Below, in pieces: positions 19,772-28,756 of a DNA stretch of 64,000 nt (positions are counted from its first letter, which is position 1; every line of letters starts with the position of its first letter). The stretch is from a virus. The translations under genes and the position numbers were made by a program. The notes beneath the pieces are model-generated. The model was not told where the DNA came from, did not search any database, and saw only the letters and a program-made list of their open reading frames with translations. Where the stretch lies: the IMG/VR virus record IMGVR_UViG_3300046355_000046, positions 1 to 64,000 of that record. One strand, written 5' to 3'.

Positions 19772-19797
19772 TTTGGCACTACAATTGTATATCTTTG
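19772..19797 (+). promoter_or_regulatory. Bacteroidota sigma-A type promoter (-7 element TATCTTTG)
   Basis: TAnnTTTG at 19790-19797, 38 nt before ATG 19836. The upstream TTTG at 19772 is closer than the canonical spacing. Confidence 0.55.
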
Positions 19798-19835
19798 TAT
19801 ATTCGTAACAGATTAATCTAAAAATTTAAAAAACA

Positions 19836-20348
19836 ATGGAAAAAATTTCTTTAAAATTGTTTGAGTTCTACAATCTAGATGCTGAGCTCAACGGTTTAAC
19901 AAACCAACAAACTGGTGAGAAAGTTGCTTCTGGACTTATTCAGGAGAAATTATCTTTAGTTACTAAGTACTGGTTAACAGAACTTGGTAAGAAAGTAGCT
20001 GCAGAAAAAGCTTCTGTAGAAGAATTAAAGAACGACCTTATCAAGAAGTATGGTAAGGAAGATGAAAAGGGTGGCATCTCTATCCCAATGGTTATTGAAG
20101 AGTTAGACTCTGAAGGACAACCAGTTAAGGATATTGACAAAGATGGTAACTGGTTTACTAAAAAGGTAATCAATCCAGCTTATCAAGATTTTGAAAGAGA
20201 GTTTAATGAACTTCTTCAAACAGAGAAAGAGCTTGAGTATAAGGCATTTACATTAGATGACTTTGAAAAAGTAGAGACTTCTGAAAATTATGGTACTTTC
20301 TTTAAGCTTATTAAGATTGAAGAAACTAAGGTTGTTCCTTTAAACTAA
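19836..20348 (+). CDS. Acidic helical protein (DUF1617-like; possible fibre chaperone)
   Basis: LIKKYGKEDEKG...F..EFNELL..E.E pattern; has its own promoter and terminator. Confidence 0.5.
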   Translation: MEKISLKLFEFYNLDAELNGLTNQQTGEKVASGLIQEKLSLVTKYWLTELGKKVAAEKASVEELKNDLIKKYGKEDEKGGISIPMVIEELDSEGQPVKDIDKDGNWFTKKVINPAYQDFEREFNELLQTEKELEYKAFTLDDFEKVETSENYGTFFKLIKIEETKVVPLN

Positions 20349-20373
20349 TTCCTATCCTTGTGTGTATATAAAA

Positions 20374-20400
20374 GGCCACCCTATCTGGGGTGGTTTTTTT
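20374..20400 (+). terminator. Rho-independent terminator
   Basis: GGCCACCC-TATCTG-GGGTGGTT followed by a T-run. Confidence 0.85.
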
Positions 20401-20420
20401 GTTATTTCCACAAAAATAAT

Positions 20421-20436
20421 GTATATTATATTGTAG
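20421..20436 (+). promoter_or_regulatory. Putative phage late-promoter motif, copy 2 (GTATATTATATTGTAG)
   Basis: Lies directly after a terminator, as copy 1 does; similar upstream CC(A)CAAAAAT context. Confidence 0.55.
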
Positions 20437-20463
20437 ACTACTTAAAATCTAAACATAACAAGT

Positions 20464-20970
20464 ATGGCACTTAAAATTACTTCTCAGATTGGAACCGATA
20501 AGGGGATTACGTCTGAGGCATATGTACGTATAGCTGATTATCAGATCTCTAAATATGGGTCTGCTAACTTCAGAATTGAACTTTTTCAAAGTCAAGAGGA
20601 TGTAACTCCTTCAGGATCATATCCAGGAATGGGTAGTGGTGTAGCTCGTAATCAACAAATTGGTGAGAGTTTGTATGTAGCTATGACTAAAGAAGTTACA
20701 GAAACAATCACTGTAAAACGCATGATTCCTGTAGAAGTAGAGTTTACTGAAGAAGTAACTAGTGCTCCAGATGCTGAAGGTAATTCTGAAACTACTACTG
20801 TTACTAGAACTCGTATAGATATGCAAGAGCAAGATGTACAAGAAACAATCACTAAGACTGTTCCTGATTTATCTTCTGCAGAAGGTATAGATGTATTTGA
20901 GTTTGGTTATACTCATTTGAAAACAAAACTAGAAGGTCTGTTTGGTGCAGACAACGTGGTTAATTGTTAA
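20464..20970 (+). CDS. Fibre accessory protein, paralogue B
   Basis: Paralogue of 16526..17014. Confidence 0.6.
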   Translation: MALKITSQIGTDKGITSEAYVRIADYQISKYGSANFRIELFQSQEDVTPSGSYPGMGSGVARNQQIGESLYVAMTKEVTETITVKRMIPVEVEFTEEVTSAPDAEGNSETTTVTRTRIDMQEQDVQETITKTVPDLSSAEGIDVFEFGYTHLKTKLEGLFGADNVVNC

Positions 20971-20994
20971 TAACTCACTGATATTCAATACATT

Positions 20995-22236
20995 ATGCTA
21001 CCTACGAAATCTAATACTGCTGATAAGGGTTGTTCTCCGGTGTCCTCAAATTGTGTAATTTGGCAAGGACCGGATCTATCTTGCATTAACCTCTGCAACG
21101 GTGATGCTGTTTCTGATGTAGTATATAAACTGGCTACCCAGTTATGTACGATACAGACATCTTTAGACTTATCTACTTTAGACTTATCTTGTCTAGTTTC
21201 ATTTTGTGCATCTACAAATCCTGCACCTACTACTAAGACTCTGTCAGCGGTATTAGATTTTATAATTGATAAGGTGTGTTGTTTAAATACAACAATTGCT
21301 AACTTACCAAATGGAGGTAACACTTATACGGAACCTAACTTAGCATTGCCTACTTGTTTGCAATATAATGATCCAGCAACTGGTCAGACTATTACACAAC
21401 TTGTTCATAATCAATATACACTTAGACTTGGTAATCAATTCTGTACTCTTAAAGCTACAGTAGATGGTCATACAACTACTTTAGCTACTTATAATACAAG
21501 GATTACTGCATTAGAGAATGCACCTAGTATAACTCTACCTACAGTAACACCTAATTGTATTCTTCCTTCAACACCTACCGCTATGAATTTAGTGTTAGAT
21601 GAGTTAGAGGCCCAGTATTGTAACTTAAGAAGTGTTCTTGGAACTAATGCAGGTTTAACTGCAGCTGTTGGTCAACAGTGTCAAGGCTTAGCTTCTCAAA
21701 ATGCTCTTAGTCAACCAGGCTTTGTTAGTGGTTTAAATGGATGGGTTCCTACTTCAGGAGATGCTTTATCTGGTACAGTAGCAGGAGCTATTAAAAACTT
21801 ATGGGTAGTGTTATGTGATATGAGATCTGCCATCTATGATCTTAAAAATACAGCTGGTACAACTGATTGTTCTGCATTCCTTCTTGGATTTAGTGCAGCA
21901 GCTAACGAAGCTCGTACACAAGTTACATTATTCTTCTCTGGTACTACTGTAGTTCCAGCAGGTTTTGCAAACTGTAATGCTCAAGGATCTAAAGTAACAA
22001 TTAAAGATACATCTGGTCATACATATATTGGATATGTAGATTTAGTAGCTGCCCAAACTGATACAGATGGTGTTACATTTACAGTAACAGGAGCATCTTT
22101 AAGTGCTAGTCAGAACTATACTGTTACAGTAGAAGGTTGCGTAAGCAAGAGCGGTAATACATGTTCTAAAGTGGCTACATTTGATGTACCTCTTCCATGT
22201 CCTATCATCACATCTGTAAGTGCAACATTAGAATAA
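20995..22236 (+). CDS. Cys-rich virion surface/fibre protein (413 aa)
   Basis: CSPVSSNCVIWQGPDLSCINLCNGD motif, coiled coil, Ig-like C-terminus. Confidence 0.6.
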   Translation: MLPTKSNTADKGCSPVSSNCVIWQGPDLSCINLCNGDAVSDVVYKLATQLCTIQTSLDLSTLDLSCLVSFCASTNPAPTTKTLSAVLDFIIDKVCCLNTTIANLPNGGNTYTEPNLALPTCLQYNDPATGQTITQLVHNQYTLRLGNQFCTLKATVDGHTTTLATYNTRITALENAPSITLPTVTPNCILPSTPTAMNLVLDELEAQYCNLRSVLGTNAGLTAAVGQQCQGLASQNALSQPGFVSGLNGWVPTSGDALSGTVAGAIKNLWVVLCDMRSAIYDLKNTAGTTDCSAFLLGFSAAANEARTQVTLFFSGTTVVPAGFANCNAQGSKVTIKDTSGHTYIGYVDLVAAQTDTDGVTFTVTGASLSASQNYTVTVEGCVSKSGNTCSKVATFDVPLPCPIITSVSATLE

Positions 22237-22237
22237 T

Positions 22238-22792
22238 ATGAACGCAACGTTATCTTGGTCCATTGGTGCAGGTGCTACAACACAGAATGTTCAGTATAAA
22301 CTGAATAGTTCTAGCACATGGATAACGTTTAGTACAGTTGGTGGTAGTGCAACTACAGAAACTGTAACAGGACTTGATAGTAATTTAATATACAACTTTA
22401 GAATTGTTACTTATTGCTCAGGTGGAACTCCTGCTCCTAGTACGATCCTTAACAAGATATATATTATTTGCCCAACTGTTACAACTACTCCTACTGATAC
22501 AACTATTGCGTATAGTTTTGCTGAAGTGGGTGGTGATGTAGATGCTTATATAGTTAAGTTATTTAACTCAGCTGGTAATACTGAAATAGCATCATCTACC
22601 CCAATAGGAACAACAACTCGTACTGGAACTTTTACAGGATTAACTGCAAGTACTAGTTATAAAATAAGAGTAGTTCCATCAGCTGGAGCTTTAACTAAAA
22701 CAGATTGTTTGTTTGATAGTGTTAGCACAACCGCTCCTCCAGTATGTAGTATTCCTACAAATGTAGTAGCAACATTAGAACCTGAAACTTAA
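22238..22792 (+). CDS. Fibronectin type III repeat protein
   Basis: LSW...YK...W...VTGLDSNLIYNFRI and FTGLTASTSYKIRV are FN3 signatures. Confidence 0.75.
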   Translation: MNATLSWSIGAGATTQNVQYKLNSSSTWITFSTVGGSATTETVTGLDSNLIYNFRIVTYCSGGTPAPSTILNKIYIICPTVTTTPTDTTIAYSFAEVGGDVDAYIVKLFNSAGNTEIASSTPIGTTTRTGTFTGLTASTSYKIRVVPSAGALTKTDCLFDSVSTTAPPVCSIPTNVVATLEPET

Positions 22793-22818
22793 TTAATACA
22801 TTTTAAATACTTAAAGAT

Positions 22819-23475
22819 ATGTCATGCGGTTGTAACGATACGGCTTTACCTTTAGCAAACTGCAACGATGGTTGTGCAGATTGCCCACCATCAAATGCTA
22901 TCAATCTTCCACCTTGTGTAGGAGGAGAGCCTTGTGATGAGATATTGTTTACAGATTGTGTAAAGTTTAGTGGACCAAATCTTCCAGCTTTAGGTATTAA
23001 TAACGGTGACCGTTTACTTACCGTATTAACTAAACTACATAAAGTAGTTAATAGTGTAATTGATACAGCTGTTCCATTAGCTAGTTATACAGCTACTTCT
23101 ACTACAACTACTCCTATGGTAGTAAGTTATTTAGGACTTGGTCCTGTATATACTTCTACAGCAGGAGCTACAAGTAGTAATGCTACAATTACTGTTGGTT
23201 CAACAACTGGTTTAGCTGTAGGTATGACATTAGAAGTAACAGCAGGTGTTGGTGCATTTGCAGCTAACAGCACTGTTCTTTCTGTACCTACAACAACAAC
23301 ATTTGTAGCATCAGCAGTACCAACCACTGCATTATCTGGTGGAGCTACTGTAATAAAAGCTACAGGAACTACTCATCAAATCTTTAATATTTCAGTAGTA
23401 CAAAATGCTCCACAAACATTTAAAGCGTTTGTTGGATCACCTATTAAAGTATCTGGAACAGGAACTATTGTATAA
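22819..23475 (+). CDS. Cys-rich virion surface protein (218 aa)
   Basis: MSCGC...CxDC N-terminus; DCVKFSGPNLPALGINNGD is paralogous to the 20995 N-terminus; ITVGSTTGLAVGMTL beta module. Confidence 0.6.
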   Translation: MSCGCNDTALPLANCNDGCADCPPSNAINLPPCVGGEPCDEILFTDCVKFSGPNLPALGINNGDRLLTVLTKLHKVVNSVIDTAVPLASYTATSTTTTPMVVSYLGLGPVYTSTAGATSSNATITVGSTTGLAVGMTLEVTAGVGAFAANSTVLSVPTTTTFVASAVPTTALSGGATVIKATGTTHQIFNISVVQNAPQTFKAFVGSPIKVSGTGTIV

Positions 23476-23487
23476 ACCAACTAAATT

Positions 23488-23922
23488 ATGCCTGCTGAAT
23501 TACCTTGTTCATCAACTAAAACGTTAGTTATCAATTATACATCTGCAAGTAATATATTACCAGCAGGTGGATATACTATTCAATGGAGAGTTGTAGGAAG
23601 TTCTACTTGGAATACTGTAGCTAATAAAACTACTAATCCTATTAGTATTCCAAATGTACCAACTTGTTATAGTATTGAAGGAAAGATATTAGCTGATTGC
23701 GGAACTGGTGAGTTAAATCAATTAGAAACATTTGGTGTAACTGGAATTAGTACAAGTTGTGCAACATATACGCTTCTAGATGATGGTGACTATACATATA
23801 CACCATGTGATAGTTTTCAACCAGTATCTGTTTTTAATAATTCAGATGTACCACAATCTGTTTGTGCAATTGAAGGAACAATAAGTGGTGGTCAATTTAG
23901 TTATTTAGGTAAATGCTTATAG
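23488..23922 (+). CDS. FN3-like Cys-containing virion protein
   Basis: PAGGYTIQWR...NPISI..V module shared with 23932 and 25246. Confidence 0.55.
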   Translation: MPAELPCSSTKTLVINYTSASNILPAGGYTIQWRVVGSSTWNTVANKTTNPISIPNVPTCYSIEGKILADCGTGELNQLETFGVTGISTSCATYTLLDDGDYTYTPCDSFQPVSVFNNSDVPQSVCAIEGTISGGQFSYLGKCL

Positions 23923-23931
23923 TAATAATTA

Positions 23932-25050
23932 ATGGCTAACGAACTAACTATATCATTTACTGAAGCTTCTCCAGCTCCATCTGGCGGATATCTAGTTAGA
24001 TATTGGGCAACTAATACTCCAGGTACTATTTTAACAACAACTGTTACAAGTAGTCCTGCTGTCATTAGTGGATTAAGTGCAACATCATATACTGGTACAA
24101 TAGAATCACTTTGTAGTTTTGGTAATTCTACTAGAGTTTCTTTTACAGATCAAGTATGTGAGTTAGCATTAGTTTTAAACACAACTAATCCTACAAACCA
24201 AGGTGGTACGAACGGTACTGCTACAGTAACATCGGTTACTGGCGGATCTGGAACATACACATATAGCTGGAATACTAGTCCTGTACAGACAACACAAACA
24301 GCTACAGGCTTAAGTGCAGGAGTAAGTTATACTGTAACAGTTACTGATACTGTAACTACTTGTACAAAAACTGAAAGTATTGAAGTGGGTCAAACATCAT
24401 TTACATTTGATGCAGACTATATGGTGGTAACATATCAGTTTACTGATGGAAGGGATTTAGATACAAGAACAAGAATAGTATCTATAGAAGGCACTACTTA
24501 TTCTGATCAAGATGAAGCTGGAACATATATTGGTTACGGCCAATATACAAGAACTCCGCAAACTGCTAGTTATATAGAAAGTGGTAATGTTTGTAATGTA
24601 GCTATTAAGCCATTAGCTATTTGGGGATCTGATAATCTTAACCAAGGTTATGAGTCTACAATGATTGATTTTACTTTGATTCCAACTGGACAAAATGAGA
24701 TAGTAATTGATTGTAGAGCATTTTGGTGGGGAGAGATTGGTACGCAAGCAGTTAATATAGGATTTACTCTTTACAAAGGTGGATGCATGGTTAAGCAAGG
24801 TGCAGCAGGAAGTCCAGCTTATAGCTTTACTAACCCAACTGCAGTTGGAACATTTGCAGGATCATCTTCTAGTAAAGTGATTACAGCCTATAAAGATGGT
24901 GGAGGTCTAGCTGTAGGTTCTTCAGACTTAGAAATTCCAAGTGTATCTGCTAATTTATCTAGAGGTCAAAGAATAGCAGTAATTAGTTATAATAGAAGTA
25001 CTAATGTTGGAACCATTGATATTAATGATATAACCACACCAGCTGTATAA
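23932..25050 (+). CDS. FN3-like plus SprB-like repeat surface protein (372 aa)
   Basis: [51 protein letters not shown] resembles the SprB repeat. Confidence 0.65.
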   Translation: MANELTISFTEASPAPSGGYLVRYWATNTPGTILTTTVTSSPAVISGLSATSYTGTIESLCSFGNSTRVSFTDQVCELALVLNTTNPTNQGGTNGTATVTSVTGGSGTYTYSWNTSPVQTTQTATGLSAGVSYTVTVTDTVTTCTKTESIEVGQTSFTFDADYMVVTYQFTDGRDLDTRTRIVSIEGTTYSDQDEAGTYIGYGQYTRTPQTASYIESGNVCNVAIKPLAIWGSDNLNQGYESTMIDFTLIPTGQNEIVIDCRAFWWGEIGTQAVNIGFTLYKGGCMVKQGAAGSPAYSFTNPTAVGTFAGSSSSKVITAYKDGGGLAVGSSDLEIPSVSANLSRGQRIAVISYNRSTNVGTIDINDITTPAV

Positions 25051-25253
25051 TGAAACATTTAACTAATATAATTGTCAGTAATTTAGGTGTAGACTACACT
25101 AAAGAAAACTTTATTGTTCAGAATGGTCATGATTTTATTATATATAAGAAGTTTGAAGAAGACTTTTTTATTGTAATGAAAGATAATAATGAACTAAGTG
25201 AAGTGCTAATATCTAATGAAGACGTAACAAACTGGATTAATAATCATGTCTAA
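25050..25253 (+). CDS. Hypothetical protein (67 aa)
   Basis: Overlaps both neighbours (TAATG coupling; 8-nt overlap). Confidence 0.6.
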   Translation: MKHLTNIIVSNLGVDYTKENFIVQNGHDFIIYKKFEEDFFIVMKDNNELSEVLISNEDVTNWINNHV

Positions 25254-25941
25254 TACATTAACCATAACGTTTGCAGAAACATCTCCTGATCCTCAAGGAG
25301 GTTATAGAGTTACATACTGGCCTACAAGTACTCCAGCTAGTGCTATTGTGATTACACCTAATCCAACTAGTTCTCCTGTAGTAATTACAGGACTTAATGG
25401 TACTTCATACAGTGGCACTGTTGAGGCTGCATGTGGTGGAGGAAACTATTCTACACCTGCTAGTTTTACAGGAACTGCCGGCTCTAGTGGAGCTGCTACT
25501 TTATCAGTTGGAACTTCATGTAGTAGTGGTTATGGTAATTATAATCTTACAGGAACAGTTGGAAATATTGTTAGAGTAAAGCTTGCAATCTCTGGTTTAC
25601 TTACACCTACTAATACAGCTTGGTTAAGTGCTACTATGGGATCAACAAGTCCTAACTTTTCTGTTACTGGAACAAGTGGATGTTTTCAACCTGGTTCTAG
25701 TGCAGGTGTAACATTAGATCTTTACAAGAATATTACTATTCCAGTTGGTGGAGTAGTAAATATTAATACGTCAATCTTTACAAATAATTCAACATCTAGT
25801 ATGATCTCAGCATCGCTAACTATTATGACAGTTAATGGAGGTGCAAATACTTCAACAGGTACAACTGCACTTAGTGGTGTATGTGCAGGAAACTCTAGTA
25901 CTGGAGGATCTTGTCCTGGAGCATCATATACAGGTGATTAA
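25246..25941 (+). CDS. FN3-like Ser/Thr/Gly-rich surface protein
   Basis: N-terminus paralogous to 23932 (LTIxFxExSPxPxGGYxVxYW). Confidence 0.6.
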   Translation: MSNTLTITFAETSPDPQGGYRVTYWPTSTPASAIVITPNPTSSPVVITGLNGTSYSGTVEAACGGGNYSTPASFTGTAGSSGAATLSVGTSCSSGYGNYNLTGTVGNIVRVKLAISGLLTPTNTAWLSATMGSTSPNFSVTGTSGCFQPGSSAGVTLDLYKNITIPVGGVVNINTSIFTNNSTSSMISASLTIMTVNGGANTSTGTTALSGVCAGNSSTGGSCPGASYTGD

Positions 25942-25952
25942 GATATAAAAAA

Positions 25953-25981
25953 GTCAGTGGTTTTGTTGGTTTCCACCTGAC
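25953..25981 (+). other. Intergenic hairpin with U-rich 12-nt loop (candidate structured RNA)
   Basis: GTCAGTGG-TTTTGTTGGTTT-CCACCTGAC, immediately upstream of a terminator. Confidence 0.45.
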
Positions 25982-25987
25982 AAACAA

Positions 25988-26022
25988 AGCCCTTGCTATT
26001 TCTATAGTAGGGGCTAATTTTT
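25988..26022 (+). terminator. Rho-independent terminator
   Basis: AGCCCTTGCTAT-TTCT-ATAGTAGGGGCT then AATTTTT. Confidence 0.75.
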
Positions 26023-26108
26023 AAAATGTTGATATTTTGTGTATAAAAAGTGTTATAATTAAATAACATCAACTAACTTTATACACCATATACCCAATCT
26101 AAACAACT

Positions 26109-27425
26109 ATGACGTTAATCAATCAGGTGTATGGTTCTCTCAGATGGAAGAAAACTGATGAGTTCTGTGCTTCAAAATTAGGTATTTCATTACAAAAATA
26201 CCAAGAGATCAAGAAACAAATTTTACAAACAAAAGATCTACTACAGAGTGAACTAGATATTAGTCTTGTAGATTTAGTTGGTAAAAGAATGCTAGAACTG
26301 ATAGATGATGAAAGCATCAAGAATCAGTACATTACAGACCTTGAAAACCATTTGGTGGATACTATTAACCAAACTAAAGAAAAGGTCGTAGAATGGAAGG
26401 AAAACCTTGAAGAAGGGGTGGCAGAAATAAAAGGTATAGCCTTTGCTGAACCTAAGAGTCCAGAAGAGATAATTAGGATATTAAAAATAGATACAGATAA
26501 GTGGAAACTTAGTTCCTACTGGAACAAACAACATAAAGACTATTGGCTAATCTCAGCCATGGTTACTCAGAAAGTCTTGGAACCCAAAGACTTATTACAA
26601 GAAACTTTACAGAATTTTAATCCGTCATATAAACCCGTTGCAGAGGTATTTGTCAATGACAAATTTGATAACCCAACTGTGGGGATCTTGTCTATTCAAG
26701 ATCTCCACTTTGGTAAGGAGGGTAATCTATCTGTAGTAGATGATTTTAAAGAAAGCATTAAGAGTCTTGTATTAAGATCTTATTACTCTCATAAAGTAGA
26801 AAAGATCATATATGTGATAGGAGGGGATCTTCTTAACATGGATACCTTTGGTGGACTAACTACCAAGGGAACACCAGTAGACTCTGACCTTAGAGCTCAA
26901 GATGCCTATGATGAGGCTTTTGATGCTATGTTCTGGTCAATTAACTTTATTAAACAATTTTGTAAAGAATTAGAAGTGGTCTACTTACCTGGTAACCATG
27001 ATCGTTTATCTTCTTACCACTTGGTACACGCCTTGTCTAAATGCTTTACTCAAGAGATTTCTATTACGTTTGATGCTACTTATGCAGAAAGAAAAGTTCT
27101 TACCTGGGGTGATAACTTCTTTGCGTTTGAACATGGTGATGTAACTAAGAAGATGACAGCTTTAGTATATGCTACAGAGTTTCCACATCAGTGGGGTCAG
27201 ACTACATTCCGTACATGTTATACGGGACACTTCCATACAAAGAAGATAACTGAGTTTGTTACAGATAATGAGGTACATGGTTTTACTATTAAGCATCTTC
27301 CTTCTTTATCTAAATCAGATTATTGGCATTACCACAACAAGTTTACAGGATCTAAGCGTCAAGCAGTTATGGAGATCCATGACTTAACTAAAGGTAAAGT
27401 ATCTGAATTTACCCATAATGTTTAA
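26109..27425 (+). CDS. Calcineurin-like metallophosphoesterase with N-terminal helical/HTH-like region
   Basis: All five motifs present: DLHFG, GGDLLN, GNHD, HGD, GHFH. Confidence 0.9.
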   Translation: MTLINQVYGSLRWKKTDEFCASKLGISLQKYQEIKKQILQTKDLLQSELDISLVDLVGKRMLELIDDESIKNQYITDLENHLVDTINQTKEKVVEWKENLEEGVAEIKGIAFAEPKSPEEIIRILKIDTDKWKLSSYWNKQHKDYWLISAMVTQKVLEPKDLLQETLQNFNPSYKPVAEVFVNDKFDNPTVGILSIQDLHFGKEGNLSVVDDFKESIKSLVLRSYYSHKVEKIIYVIGGDLLNMDTFGGLTTKGTPVDSDLRAQDAYDEAFDAMFWSINFIKQFCKELEVVYLPGNHDRLSSYHLVHALSKCFTQEISITFDATYAERKVLTWGDNFFAFEHGDVTKKMTALVYATEFPHQWGQTTFRTCYTGHFHTKKITEFVTDNEVHGFTIKHLPSLSKSDYWHYHNKFTGSKRQAVMEIHDLTKGKVSEFTHNV

Positions 27426-27480
27426 ACTATAAAAGTTTAAATAGGAAACTTCATGGATTTTTCGTAAATTATTAATGTAG
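27423..27480 (+). promoter_or_regulatory. Palindrome TAAACT-N5-AGTTTA plus promoter motif GTAAATTATTAATGTAG (copy 3)
   Basis: Colinear with 41198-41255, with an identical 41-nt offset between the two elements. Confidence 0.6.
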
Positions 27481-27486
27481 ATCATT

Positions 27487-28077
27487 GTGGCAAAAGCATG
27501 TAAAAAACCGGATCTTAACGCTCCAAGATATAGACCAAAGAAACTAAACCTTACTAATATAGACTTTTACAAAAAGTTTATTGCTAGTAATCCAAAGTAC
27601 GCTTCTATGGATATAGCTACTTTTAAAAGTATTATTAATGCGTTTAATGGTGAGATTTGGCAGAAGGTTATAGATGAACGAGATGGTGTAGAGTTACCAG
27701 AGCAACTAGGTTATATTTTTATTGGGACATGTCCACGTAAAAAAAGTAATGTAGACTTTAGTAAAAGCAAGAAATACGGTACAGTTATTCAGCATCAAAA
27801 CTGGGAATCTGACCAATATGCAGCTAAGATATTCTACACAAACTTTGAGACCAAGTATAGATTCAAGCATAATGAGATGTGGAGTTTTACTGGTATTAGA
27901 GATTTTAAAAGGATGGTTGGTCAAACGTATCCTCAAGAGTGGAAGAAATATGTAATGGTAGATAATCTTGTAAGGGTTAGTAGACTTTTTAGAAAGGAAA
28001 AGTATAAAGATTTTAAAAAACAAGAAACTCAGTATATCATTAAAAACAATGAATATGATGAGTTTAATTTAGATTAA
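27487..28077 (+). CDS. HU/IHF-like DNA-binding protein (crAss-type)
   Basis: Basic; IINAFNGEIWQKVIDERDGVELPEQLGYIFI resembles the HU helix plus strand; sits before the tail genes as in crAss-like genomes. Confidence 0.65.
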   Translation: MAKACKKPDLNAPRYRPKKLNLTNIDFYKKFIASNPKYASMDIATFKSIINAFNGEIWQKVIDERDGVELPEQLGYIFIGTCPRKKSNVDFSKSKKYGTVIQHQNWESDQYAAKIFYTNFETKYRFKHNEMWSFTGIRDFKRMVGQTYPQEWKKYVMVDNLVRVSRLFRKEKYKDFKKQETQYIIKNNEYDEFNLD

Positions 28078-28081
28078 GGCT

Positions 28082-28756
28082 ATGGCTAAAACTACTATAG
28101 GAGATGTAATCTCTAGAATGCGTACACAGATAAAGGCTGTTAGACAAGATGCTTTCTTGACTGACAGAGCTATCTATGCATTTATTCTAAAGCATTCTAA
28201 ATGGTTAATGAAGCGTGAAGATGGTAAGAATAAACTTCTTGCTTATTCCGGTGTAGTTCAAACTATGGATTTTGTAGAACTTATAGAAGTAGATAAAGTA
28301 GAGGCGTGTTGCACAGGATTAACTTCTGACTGTACTATTAAACGTACAAAGGACAAGATGCCAATCTTTATGCAAGGATATAATGGTCCACTTATTCGTT
28401 CTACTACATCTATTGATGGTTCAGAAGAACTTCAATCAACCAACCCTAGTACATTCTTATCTTTATCTAAATCTAAAAACTTTAAGTACAATAAGTCTAA
28501 ATACTATTGGTACTTAAATGACTACTTATACTTTCCTAATATTGAATGGGATGCTGTACGTATAGAAGGTATCTTTGAAGAAGACATTTCTGTATTTACA
28601 TGTGCTGCTGATAGCTGTATTCAAAAGACAGATCAACCATTCAATGTACCAGATTATTTATTTGGTGAGATTGAAACTAACGTATTTAAAGATCTAATGG
28701 GAATGATGCAGATTCCATCAGATACTTCTCAAGATAAACAGAATGTACTTCGATGA
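28082..28756 (+). CDS. Tail ring/adaptor protein
   Basis: YYWYLNDYLYF...VRIEGIFEE...PFNVPDYL...IPSD..xD pattern and synteny with crAss-like ring proteins. Confidence 0.65.
   Translation: MAKTTIGDVISRMRTQIKAVRQDAFLTDRAIYAFILKHSKWLMKREDGKNKLLAYSGVVQTMDFVELIEVDKVEACCTGLTSDCTIKRTKDKMPIFMQGYNGPLIRSTTSIDGSEELQSTNPSTFLSLSKSKNFKYNKSKYYWYLNDYLYFPNIEWDAVRIEGIFEEDISVFTCAADSCIQKTDQPFNVPDYLFGEIETNVFKDLMGMMQIPSDTSQDKQNVLR

Noticed and set aside
26023-26108. Weak inverted repeat (GTTGAT...ATCAAC) and near-promoter TAACTTTA upstream of the phosphoesterase
   Set aside because: Short and imperfect in very AT-rich DNA; not distinguishable from chance.
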